Source: Marinicella sp. (GTDB taxonomy: Bacteria > Pseudomonadota > Gammaproteobacteria > Xanthomonadales > Marinicellaceae). From it: a DNA stretch of 64,000 bases. Each line of letters starts with the position of its first letter. The first letter of the stretch is position 1. This document shows, one piece after another, positions 31,902 through 40,653 of this stretch. The DNA is taken from NCBI GenBank assembly GCA_965230295.1, contig OZ246001.1:352001-416000 (forward strand), in the 5' to 3' direction. Both the position numbers and the translations under genes were made by a program. The notes under the pieces were generated by a model that searched no databases, was not told where the DNA came from, and saw only the letters and a list, made by a program, of their open reading frames with translations.

Positions 31902-32657
31902 TCATTTTTTTATATTCTTGTTAATTGCACTCAAAAATCCACGCAAAATATCCATCTCATGTTTCTCAATGTTCAAGCGATTGAACATCATCCTCAGTTT
32001 CTCTGTTAATGACACTTGATTCTGTTCGTTCATGAAATCAACCTCGTGCATGATACCAAACAAATGTTGATAAAAACTTTGCATTTTGGCTGCATCCGCA
32101 AAGGGCACCTGCGCTTCTTTTGAAACCCCGTTATTCGGTATGCTGGTACCTTCTAGCAGCTGTTTTCTGATTTCATAAGCTGCCACTTGCACAGCGGCAG
32201 CCAAGTTGAGTGAAGAGTAAGCAGGGTTGGCGGGGAATTTAACCAAATAGTGACAGCGTTGCATTTCATCATTGGTCATACCATAACGCTCTTTCCCGAA
32301 CAGCAAGGCCACCTGCTGAGTAACTGCTGCTTTAACCATCAACTGCACCGCTTCAGCCAAATCAATCACAGGAATGTTCATGCCTCGGTTGCGAGCACTG
32401 GTACCAAACACCACAGTACACGGTGCAATGGCTTGATCCAAAGTATCATGAACATGGGCATTGAATAACACGTCGTCAGCACCAGAGGCACGTGCTGTGG
32501 CTTCAGCACTGGGGTAATCCGTGGGTTGGATTAAATGCAAGTGTGATAAACCCATGACTTTCATGGCGCGGGCTGCGGCGCCGATGTTACCGGCATGAGA
32601 GGTGTTGATCAGGGCGAATCGGATGTTTTCTAATCTATCCACAATGGTGTCAATCAT
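31902..32657 (-). CDS. trmJ: tRNA (cytidine/uridine-2'-O)-methyltransferase TrmJ
   Basis: TSHAGNIGAAARAMKVMGL, ARASGA, FGKERYGM, YSSLNLAAAVQ (SPOUT); divergent from suhB. Confidence 0.95.
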   Translation of the reverse strand: MIDTIVDRLENIRFALINTSHAGNIGAAARAMKVMGLSHLHLIQPTDYPSAEATARASGADDVLFNAHVHDTLDQAIAPCTVVFGTSARNRGMNIPVIDLAEAVQLMVKAAVTQQVALLFGKERYGMTNDEMQRCHYLVKFPANPAYSSLNLAAAVQVAAYEIRKQLLEGTSIPNNGVSKEAQVPFADAAKMQSFYQHLFGIMHEVDFMNEQNQVSLTEKLRMMFNRLNIEKHEMDILRGFLSAINKNIKK

Positions 32658-32730
32658 GTTAAAGATTTGGTATCATACGCGGTTCGCCAATTAACATCAA
32701 TGCACCACAGCAACGGACCCCTATAAGCCC

Positions 32731-33519
32731 ATGTCACCAGAACAAAACATTGCCAAAAAAGCCGCACTGAAAGCCGCCAATTCCATAGAACAACTGATGT
32801 TCAAGAATGAACTGCTTTCGGTCAATAAGAAGCTCAACAATGGTTTTGTGGATCAAGCCATAAAAGTCAGCTTGAATGATATATTTTATACCCTCAAAAG
32901 GGCTTATCCAGAAGATGAAATTCAAACCGATGGCGAGACTTTAACTGAGTACACCAATCCAGAACGTGTGTGGTTGATCAATCCATTGATAGGCGTCACT
33001 AATTTTTTACATGACATCCCACATTGCGCCATCAGCATCACCTTTATGGAAAACAACAAAACCAAAGAAGCCTTGGTTTACAACCCCATCACCGATGATG
33101 AATACATGGCAGGTAAAGGCAAAGGTGCTTTTCTGAACCAACGTCGCTTGCGCATCAGTAATCAAAATGAGGCCGAAGAATCGTTCATAGGTACCAACTA
33201 TGCAGATGAGAAGAGTAAACTGGCCGCACAGTCTTTGGCCATGAGGACCATAGGCAAGCAAGTCGCAGATGTTCGTGTCATGGGCTGCCCCGCCTTGGAT
33301 TTGGCTATGGTCGCTGCCGGAAAGTTCAATGCCTATTGGCAAATGGGCATGTCACCATCTGAAATGCTGCCTGGCATATTGTTGGTTGAAGAAGCCGGTG
33401 GACAATGTATGGATTTTGCCGCCAAAAGGGCTTTTACAGACAACCAACAAATGGTGGCAGGTAACCTGAAGGTATCAGCTTGGCTGTCGGCACAGCTGAA
33501 AAATATTTACAGCCAATAA
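32731..33519 (+). CDS. suhB: SuhB/inositol monophosphatase-family protein with degenerate active site
   Basis: Colinear with SuhB (NIA..AA.KA, TNFLHDIPH, GKGAFLNQRRLR, ALDLAMVAAG, LLVEEAGG) and in the conserved trmJ-divergent position, but DPLDGT reads NPLIGV. Confidence 0.88.
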   Translation: MSPEQNIAKKAALKAANSIEQLMFKNELLSVNKKLNNGFVDQAIKVSLNDIFYTLKRAYPEDEIQTDGETLTEYTNPERVWLINPLIGVTNFLHDIPHCAISITFMENNKTKEALVYNPITDDEYMAGKGKGAFLNQRRLRISNQNEAEESFIGTNYADEKSKLAAQSLAMRTIGKQVADVRVMGCPALDLAMVAAGKFNAYWQMGMSPSEMLPGILLVEEAGGQCMDFAAKRAFTDNQQMVAGNLKVSAWLSAQLKNIYSQ

Positions 33520-33521
33520 AA

Positions 33522-33549
33522 AAGGCACTGTTACCATCAACAGTGCCTT
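33522..33549. terminator. Hairpin between convergent suhB and DUF4252 genes
   Basis: AAGGCACTGTT-ACCATC-AACAGTGCCTT, with an A-run on its left (U-tract on -). Confidence 0.7.
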
Positions 33550-33614
33550 ACATTGCGATACAGAACTTCGTTAAACAGCTGACTTAGGTGGTCACCTAAG
33601 AGGCTCAGTTCGAA

Positions 33615-34133
33615 TCACAAATTCAAAGTCAGACCTTTCAAACCGTCAACATCCACATTGAAGTTTTTGGTCAAGTCTTTCAGATTTGCGACATCAATTT
33701 CTCCATCCATGCTGATGAATACGAACTCATCCCCGGCTTCAAAGACCATGATGGATAAATCGCTCAATGTCATGCCATCAACTTTGGCCATGATGTGAAC
33801 ACGCTCATCGCCTTCGACCACTTTAACAATTTCTTCAACACCATTGCGAGCCAAAGCACTGACAGTATCACTCATCCAATCACTGATGTCAGCGGCATCA
33901 ACCGCATCAGTTAACTCATACACTTTGATCGACAAGTCGTTCAATCCGGACAACACCGCTTGTGCTTCTGGGTCATCTGCAGACAGCATTTTGGCCATGC
34001 CTAACATGCCAGGGCCCAAAGTGATTTTCACATTGGCTTCAACGCCCAAGATACTTTCTAGCTCATCAAAATCTCTGGCCCAAGAACTGACTGAGAACAG
34101 ACATAAAATCAAAACCATCATTAACTTTTTCAT
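33615..34133 (-). CDS. DUF4252-family secreted protein
   Basis: Signal peptide; VKITLGPGML, IVKVVEGDERVHI, EFVFISMDGEID pattern. Confidence 0.72.
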   Translation of the reverse strand: MKKLMMVLILCLFSVSSWARDFDELESILGVEANVKITLGPGMLGMAKMLSADDPEAQAVLSGLNDLSIKVYELTDAVDAADISDWMSDTVSALARNGVEEIVKVVEGDERVHIMAKVDGMTLSDLSIMVFEAGDEFVFISMDGEIDVANLKDLTKNFNVDVDGLKGLTLNL

Positions 34134-34275
34134 ACATTTACCTCAATTAAAATTTGCTATCCGCCATGGATTTATGTCTATCAAACGAGCTTTGATTGTG
34201 TTTGTTACAAAAAACAGCCACAGAAATCGCTTAAATTGATCAAATGCACAAAACCTATTAAAATAATAGCTTAAC

Positions 34276-34303
34276 TTAGCACCTATTTAAAAATAGGTGC
34301 TAA
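34276..34303. repeat. Perfect 13-bp inverted repeat inside the transposon left end
   Basis: TTAGCACCTATTT-AA-AAATAGGTGCTAA, flanked by two shorter palindromes (34255-34269 and 34303-34319). Confidence 0.85.
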
Positions 34304-34389
34304 TCAATTACTAATTGATAATATATTCAATAGGCCGTCCAAATTACCCAGTTGCCTCAGAAAACCATCTCCCAATAGACTTATACATA

Positions 34390-34806
34390 TTAAGTGTTCT
34401 GAATTTTATTTTTGATTTTTTCTTTTATTTTGACCAAATCAATAATAAGAATGTAAGAATCTAACTTTTCAAAAATCATAGATGAAAGTTCGTCTTTATC
34501 AAGAATTTCTATAGACTCATCATTAAGAGCAAAATATTGATGTTTTTCATCTAATGATTGCCATTCTATTTTTTTTTCTTTGTACGTTTCGAGATGCTTT
34601 TTGATTTTAGTAATTGACATTCCTGTATTAGTTAATGATTTTAGGCAAACAAGTAACATTAAATCACTATAAGAATATCGTCTTCCAACACCTTTCTTGC
34701 CAGAAGTCAAACTAGCTTCCAAAATTGAATGCCGCTGATAATAATGAAGCATATGGACGCTATGCCCTGAAATTTTTGATGCTCTTTCTGTACTTACTGT
34801 TTCCAT
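34390..34806 (-). CDS. MerR-type HTH transcriptional regulator
   Basis: ASKISGHSVHMLHYYQRHSIL...GVGRRYSYSDL...L..L...GMSITKIK MerR winged-HTH pattern. Start set at ATG 34806; the ORF track start at 34842 lies inside the promoter palindrome. Confidence 0.85.
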   Translation of the reverse strand: METVSTERASKISGHSVHMLHYYQRHSILEASLTSGKKGVGRRYSYSDLMLLVCLKSLTNTGMSITKIKKHLETYKEKKIEWQSLDEKHQYFALNDESIEILDKDELSSMIFEKLDSYILIIDLVKIKEKIKNKIQNT

Positions 34807-34811
34807 ACTGA

Positions 34812-34851
34812 ATATTATAATTGAGTATTGAGCAATACTCAATTATAATAT
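34812..34851. promoter_or_regulatory. Perfect 19-bp inverted repeat forming two overlapping divergent sigma70 promoters; probable operator
   Basis: ATATTATAATTGAGTATTG-AG-CAATACTCAATTATAATAT. On +: TTGAGT (34821-26)-17 nt-TATAAT (34844-49). On -: TTGAGT (34842-37)-17 nt-TATAAT (34819-14). Confidence 0.85.
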
Positions 34852-34900
34852 AATTACAAATATGTGGTATAAACCCTATCTAATTTGAACAGGAGATGTA

Positions 34901-36106
34901 ATGTCATCATTCCGTTACATGGGAACAAAGAAATACTTAGCAACGAAAGTAAAGCGTTCTATCGACATTGCTTCTAAGCATGGGCAAATGGCCGATTTGT
35001 TTTCTGGCATGGGGGCTGTTGCTCGAGAATTTTCCTCAGAACGTTCTGTCTTTTTAAATGATGCAATGACATTTCCTACTGTCTGTTCTAAAGCATATTT
35101 TTTAGATAATGACCTGAAAATTAACGATCATTTAATAAAAGAAATTTATTCATTGTTCAGTAGGCACAGGGCTTTGCTAAGGTCAAAGTTTGAAAGGAGA
35201 ATAAAGCAAGAAAAGAAAGCTGTTCTTGGTGGAAGCGAATCTTTGAATGATTGGATGCTCCAGGCTCCACATGTTGGCAATAGCACACATTACAACAATA
35301 TGAAGAATGCTGCTAAACTAGAGTCTGGGCCATTGAATTATCAACTGATAACTTTATATTTTTCAGCTTCATATTTTAGCACTTCTCAAGCAATTGACCT
35401 TGATGCTTTAAGATACGCAATTGAATCCTTGTCTAAGAGGGATGGTAAATCTCCATTAATAGCAGTTTGGTTATCAACTGCAAGTGTTTTGATTAATGCT
35501 CCAGGTCATTCTGCCCAATTCTTAAAACCAAACAACGATTCCTCTTACAATAAAATATGCAGAGGCTTAACGCGAGACGTTTGGGCGACATTTGTTGACT
35601 TGTTGAGCAATTTTTCTCCTTGTGGAAGTCTATCATGGAGAAAAAGTAATAAGGTTTCTAAGAGTGATGTTTTAAAATTACTGGATGTTGGTCTTCCATC
35701 AAACGTATCTGTAGTTTACGCCGACCCACCTTATACTGGAGACCAATATTCAAGATATTATCACGTTTTTGAAACCATGTTGTTATACAACTATCCAACA
35801 TCAAAGGGATGTGGAAGGTATCCTGAAGGTAGGTTTACCTCACCATTTTGTTTAAAAACAAAAGTAGTTGACTCATTTGAACAAATGTTTTGTAGGATTA
35901 TTGACCACTCCGTTCCGCTTGTATTATCCTATCCATCAAACGGATTATTGTCCAAAGTGGGGGTCGATATTATTGAACTAGCAAATGACACCTTTAGGAA
36001 AATTGATAAAGCTGAAAGCCAAATCAATCATTCGACAATGGGAGCTTCCAAAGGAGCTCAAAAAAAATCTGTTAAAGAATATATATTGACATGTTACCCT
36101 GCATAA
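34901..36106 (+). CDS. N6-adenine DNA methyltransferase, alpha class (MethyltransfD12/COG3392, M.NlaIII/M.FokI-N-like)
   Basis: Motif X YMGTK, motif I DLFSGMG, motif IV YADPPY followed by QYSRYYHVFET; AGGAG RBS upstream. Confidence 0.92.
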   Translation: MSSFRYMGTKKYLATKVKRSIDIASKHGQMADLFSGMGAVAREFSSERSVFLNDAMTFPTVCSKAYFLDNDLKINDHLIKEIYSLFSRHRALLRSKFERRIKQEKKAVLGGSESLNDWMLQAPHVGNSTHYNNMKNAAKLESGPLNYQLITLYFSASYFSTSQAIDLDALRYAIESLSKRDGKSPLIAVWLSTASVLINAPGHSAQFLKPNNDSSYNKICRGLTRDVWATFVDLLSNFSPCGSLSWRKSNKVSKSDVLKLLDVGLPSNVSVVYADPPYTGDQYSRYYHVFETMLLYNYPTSKGCGRYPEGRFTSPFCLKTKVVDSFEQMFCRIIDHSVPLVLSYPSNGLLSKVGVDIIELANDTFRKIDKAESQINHSTMGASKGAQKKSVKEYILTCYPA

Positions 36107-36122
36107 ATACAAAGGAGTTCCA

Positions 36123-37043
36123 ATGAGTGATCTTGAAACATTAGAAATTAGCCAAATAGAAAGAGATCCGCATAACCCAAGAATAAACTTCCCTCAAAAT
36201 GAGCTAAATAAATTATCTGAATCAATTGATAAAGCAGGTGTTTTAGTCCCAGTGGTTGTTTATAAATATAAAGATAAGTATCGACTCTTGGACGGAGAAA
36301 GAAGGTGGAAATGTTGCAAAAAACTCGGTTTGACGAAAATACCAGTAATTATTATTGGAGAGCCAACTGAGGAAGATCGATTAACTTGGATGTTTAACAT
36401 TCATCAGGTACGAGAACGTTGGCAAGATATGCCAACAGCATTGGCATTAAAGAAACTGGTAGATGAAACCGGCATTACAGATAAGAAAGAATTAAGCAGG
36501 CTAACTGGATTATCTTCAAAGCTCGTAGATCAATATCTTTATATTGTAGAACTCCCTCAAGATATGCAGGATAGTATTGCAAATAAAGATATGGCAATGA
36601 ACTTTTTCTGGGAGTTGAAACAAGTTTTGGAAAACCTAAAGAAAAAGAGGCCTAATATTTATAATGACTATGAAGCTGACGAGCTCATGAGAAAATTTGT
36701 GGATAAAAGAGCAAGTAACGTCATTACTGATACAGTCTCACTTCGTAACGCCAATTATATTATTCAAAAAGCATCAGAAGATGATCCTGAAAATATCAAA
36801 GAAGGAGAATTGGATGAAGTAATCAGGGACATGATAGATGACGAAAGTAAGTCAGTTAACGATGCATATGAAGAAACTGTTATGGTTGCTGTTGAGCTTG
36901 ACAAACTGTTAACAAAATCTATGTCTGTTGTTAAGGCATTCACAAGATTATTAGGAAAAGCTCAAGAAGAGCAAGAACGCTTAGAAATTAAGAATATTGG
37001 TAATCAGATTATTAAACAACTTGACACAGCATTAGACAATTAA
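36123..37043 (+). CDS. ParB/Srx N-terminal-domain protein
   Basis: PHNPRINF...LSESIDKAGVLVPVVV...YRLLDGERRW, followed by an HTH-like segment (ELSRLTGLSSKLV) and a helical C-terminus; no parA nearby. Confidence 0.88.
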   Translation: MSDLETLEISQIERDPHNPRINFPQNELNKLSESIDKAGVLVPVVVYKYKDKYRLLDGERRWKCCKKLGLTKIPVIIIGEPTEEDRLTWMFNIHQVRERWQDMPTALALKKLVDETGITDKKELSRLTGLSSKLVDQYLYIVELPQDMQDSIANKDMAMNFFWELKQVLENLKKKRPNIYNDYEADELMRKFVDKRASNVITDTVSLRNANYIIQKASEDDPENIKEGELDEVIRDMIDDESKSVNDAYEETVMVAVELDKLLTKSMSVVKAFTRLLGKAQEEQERLEIKNIGNQIIKQLDTALDN

Positions 37044-37933
37044 TGAGTGAAAGCAATGAGAAATACTTGGATGCTCTGCTTAAATGTAAGTCAGTAAGTT
37101 CATGCGTTATTCCTGATAGCCCGATCATTTTTTCAAATACCGCATGGACTCCCGATGCTATATGCAAAATAAATAATAAGGATACATTGGTATGTATTCA
37201 CTCAGTAGATGATGAAATCCCACATTTTCTAATTAAAAGGTTGCTGGCAACAGAAACATCTGATTATCAAGTATTAATTATTACTGGTTACAAAATTCTA
37301 AGAAATCTTGAACATTTTAAAAAACTTTTAAAAATCAATTCACTGGTATCATTTTATGGCTATCAGTCAGAGCTTATGACTGAACCTGAGAATATTGCAT
37401 TAGCCGTTGCAAAATCAAATATCAAAGTCAAAAGGGAACTACTACTTTATTTACTTGAGTTAAGCCGAAATGCTGAGACAAGTTGGGATAAAGGTAAAAG
37501 GTTTGAGCAATTGTTGTGTCTCTTTTTTTCCCAAATAGAAGATTTTCATATTTTTAGCTCAAACTACAGAACTGAAACGGAAGAAATTGATGTAGTTATT
37601 CAAATACGTGAAAGTTGCTCTACGCGATGTTGGGCGAGATTTGAAGCACCTTATATTTTTATTGAGGCAAAAAATCAAGCGAGCAAAGTTGGCCAGCGTA
37701 TTATTTCGACACTTATAGGAATATTGTCTGTAAAAGGTTTTTCAACAAAACTAGGAATAACTATTTCTATGAATGGATTTACAGCGGATGCAAAAACTCA
37801 AGCACTGAGAAATAGCGATGCGCAAAAAAAAATAATTTTGTTAACAGCTGATGAAATCGACACATGGATTCAAACAGGACGTTCACTAGATGATCAGCTT
37901 GAACAGAGAATTAGCGAAGCATTGATTGATTAA
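37043..37933 (+). CDS. Mrr-like PD-(D/E)XK restriction endonuclease
   Basis: KGKRFEQL...EEIDVV...FIEAKN...ISMNGFT pattern of Mrr_cat; TAATG stop/start overlap with the ParB gene. Confidence 0.85.
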   Translation: MSESNEKYLDALLKCKSVSSCVIPDSPIIFSNTAWTPDAICKINNKDTLVCIHSVDDEIPHFLIKRLLATETSDYQVLIITGYKILRNLEHFKKLLKINSLVSFYGYQSELMTEPENIALAVAKSNIKVKRELLLYLLELSRNAETSWDKGKRFEQLLCLFFSQIEDFHIFSSNYRTETEEIDVVIQIRESCSTRCWARFEAPYIFIEAKNQASKVGQRIISTLIGILSVKGFSTKLGITISMNGFTADAKTQALRNSDAQKKIILLTADEIDTWIQTGRSLDDQLEQRISEALID

Positions 37934-38004
37934 GTCGGGACTACTACAGATTAAGATAGTTACCTATAAAGCAGCTTACGAAATTCAATAGTGCCTTAAT
38001 TAAG

Positions 38005-38928
38005 TTATAGAATATCTAAGAGTTCTGAGTACAAATATTCATCATCTTTACCTTCATAGTATAGCCTTATAAATTTGTTTCTTTTTTTTAAACTTAATCC
38101 CATGAATTTCATATAATGTTTTAGCATCGTTCCCTTATATGGTGGGTGAAACTCCATACAAACACCTTCAATAATAGAAAACACTTTATTCATCTTTAAA
38201 AAATCTTTCTTTATCCTGGTTAGGTCTTTTGTAACTGTTAATTGGCTAAAAGTAACTTTTCTTCGCCAAAAGTTGGTAAATCTTTTTTTGCACATAAAGT
38301 ACAACAACATATACTCCTCACTGAATCCAAAAACACTAAAACAAGCAAAAGAATAATCAAATATCTTTTGTAAAATTAAATCTCTATTGGCAAGGTTGTT
38401 GTCAATTTCTGACTTCATTAATAACAGCATAAATGATGACAACGCTTTTTGAATATCAGTGCCAGTAAATTTATCGATTTGACCTTCTAAATTTTGAGTA
38501 TCTATACTGTAAACATCACCATCTAAGTTCAAAAGGTCAATATACACTTTTAAATCTTTTATATTCCTACCCAAGTCATCGATGTCTGAATCATCCTTAA
38601 CATCAGCTAAAAACCAGTCCCAAATTGGCATATCAAAAATATCTCTGGAACCAGGGAAATAATATTCAGTGTATTTCAATGTTTTTTCGTTTGGGCATGG
38701 CGGATTTGCAGAGTTAACATATTTCTGGTATTTACTCGTTGCGTTGTAAACCTGATTCTTTTCGCTTTTGTTATATGCACGTTTTTTACTTTTTTTTCTT
38801 AGAAATGAGTGCGACTCAAATTTTTCACCATAATTTATAATCGCTCGAATTTGGTTACCATTTCTACAGTTGCCTATCATCATGACAGTAGAAATCCAAA
38901 CTTTTATCTTTAATTGCAATAAATTCAT
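38005..38928 (-). CDS. Hypothetical protein (transposon-borne)
   Basis: 307-aa AT-rich ORF with no recognised motif; divergent from the small HTH gene. Confidence 0.6.
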   Translation of the reverse strand: MNLLQLKIKVWISTVMMIGNCRNGNQIRAIINYGEKFESHSFLRKKSKKRAYNKSEKNQVYNATSKYQKYVNSANPPCPNEKTLKYTEYYFPGSRDIFDMPIWDWFLADVKDDSDIDDLGRNIKDLKVYIDLLNLDGDVYSIDTQNLEGQIDKFTGTDIQKALSSFMLLLMKSEIDNNLANRDLILQKIFDYSFACFSVFGFSEEYMLLYFMCKKRFTNFWRRKVTFSQLTVTKDLTRIKKDFLKMNKVFSIIEGVCMEFHPPYKGTMLKHYMKFMGLSLKKRNKFIRLYYEGKDDEYLYSELLDIL

Positions 38929-39063
38929 GAAAATATAGTAGCGTATATTTATATGTATTTCAGTTACTTATCTCTATGAAGTATACTTTTAAGAAGTAAA
39001 AGGAACCTTCTAAATCGCGATTATTATCACTAAAATAATATAGATGTATAGGAGTGACTTGAC

Positions 39064-39318
39064 ATGACCAAGAGCGAATTTAGAGACTATATTGAGGAGA
39101 AGTTAATCAGTGAGCACGGCATCCTCATTTCGGGTGAGGCTTTAGCAAAAGTGCTGGGGTTCAATTCGAAGGCTGCATTCAGAAAAGGGGTTGAACGAGG
39201 AACCGTTGAAATTCCTATCATGACATTCAAAAACAGGAGAGGCAAATTTGCTGTTTCTTCAGATGTGGCTGAATGGATTACAAATAACCGGTTTGATTCA
39301 TTGGAGAGTAGCAAATGA
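39064..39318 (+). CDS. Small DNA-binding protein (excisionase/PrtN-like HTH)
   Basis: AGGAG RBS; ALAKVLGFNSKAAFRK...G...IP...RRGKF...DVAEWI pattern typical of small mobile-element regulators. Confidence 0.7.
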   Translation: MTKSEFRDYIEEKLISEHGILISGEALAKVLGFNSKAAFRKGVERGTVEIPIMTFKNRRGKFAVSSDVAEWITNNRFDSLESSK

Positions 39319-39561
39319 ACTAAATCAGCAAGAGAAGAAATGAAAAAACCAAATGGTTGCAGCCATTTGGTTTAATCGGTTGTCATTAATTAACGAATCA
39401 AGACAATAATCCGATTATAGCATTTCCGAACCTCATTTTGTCAAGACAAACAAGCTATTTTGATAGCTTGATAAGCCTTCTTTTGCATTTTAAAAATATG
39501 GCTGCGCGAGGCTAAGCAGTCATCAAATTGGAGAATATCATGTTAATGATCCAAAACTATA

Positions 39562-40653
39562 ATGGAGGAATTTATGCCTCAAAGCTATAGACAATCGAGT
39601 AAGAGAAGAAATATCACCCTTAATGATATTTACAAAATGTCAGAACAAGAAGCAATAAATTTCATTGCAAACATTAGGTGGGGTTCAAAAACAAAGCAAG
39701 TGTGTCCCAATTGTTGGGTTTTCGACAAGCATTATTCTAAGAAGAAAAGAAACCAGTGGGTATGTAAACATTGCAATCATACATTCAGTATTACATCTAG
39801 CACTGTATTCGCTAACAGAAAATGTAGTGTCAAAAAAATATTGAAACTATTATTTATATTTTGCAATTCTGCCAAAGGCACAAGTGCCAATGAATCCACT
39901 GGTTTTCTTGGTTTGAGCCATAAGTCTATTTGGTTATCTAACCATAAGATCAGAGAAGGATTACTTAGATCTAGAGATTTAAGTCAATTGAACGGTATGG
40001 TACATGTTGATGGTGCTTTTTTTGGTGGCAAAAGACGCCATGGACGTATTCGAAATTACAAGATCGCTCACAAGCATTTTGAAGCAAAGATTGCTTCCAA
40101 AGGTAAGAAGAAATTACCTATGAATGCGATTCAGCGTCGAAATGCCTATATTAGACGGAAGAACAGAAGGGTCGTTATGGTATTTCGTGAAGTTGATCCG
40201 ACCAAAGGAATCGGAGCTGTGAAAACTAGAGTAACTGTTGTTCGAAATGAAAGCGAAGATTCAGTCAAGCCACATACTGAGAGGTTTATCCAAGCGGGCA
40301 GTACTGTTTGGACTGATGAGCATAAAGCGTATAATCACTTGTCGAAACAACATAGGCATGAAACAGTTGAACATTCAAAAGAATTTATGACTAAAGATGG
40401 GGTTCACAACAATCATGCTGAGTCGTTTTTCTCGAGGCTAAGAAGATCTGAGTATGGTGTATTCCATGGCATGAGGCCTCAGTACATGATTGATTACGCC
40501 AATGAAATGTCATGGCGGGAAGATATGCGTAGAAAATCTCTGCTAGAACAATTATCAGATTTAATTGTTAGAGTGTTTTCGGTTGGTGAATCAATCTGGT
40601 GGTGCGGTTATCACCAGGGACATCGACGCAATGATGAATTGTTAAACTTTTAA
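39562..40653 (+). CDS. IS1595-family DDE transposase (likely start ATG 39574 after GGAGG)
   Basis: IRW...CPNC...CKHC zinc ribbon with FSITSSTVF; HTH; VHVDGAFFGG, VWTDEHKAY, VEHSKEF, HNNHAESFFSRLRR..YGVFH, YANEMSWR. Confidence 0.95.
   Translation: MEEFMPQSYRQSSKRRNITLNDIYKMSEQEAINFIANIRWGSKTKQVCPNCWVFDKHYSKKKRNQWVCKHCNHTFSITSSTVFANRKCSVKKILKLLFIFCNSAKGTSANESTGFLGLSHKSIWLSNHKIREGLLRSRDLSQLNGMVHVDGAFFGGKRRHGRIRNYKIAHKHFEAKIASKGKKKLPMNAIQRRNAYIRRKNRRVVMVFREVDPTKGIGAVKTRVTVVRNESEDSVKPHTERFIQAGSTVWTDEHKAYNHLSKQHRHETVEHSKEFMTKDGVHNNHAESFFSRLRRSEYGVFHGMRPQYMIDYANEMSWREDMRRKSLLEQLSDLIVRVFSVGESIWWCGYHQGHRRNDELLNF

Noticed and set aside
34807-34842. N-terminal extension of the MerR ORF given in the ORF track
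   Set aside because: The TTG start lies in the -35 box of the promoter palindrome; the HTH begins right after ATG 34806.
36123-37043. ParB gene as a chromosome or plasmid partition locus
   Set aside because: No parA or rep gene and no canonical parS noticed; it is translationally coupled to a nuclease inside an MTase operon.
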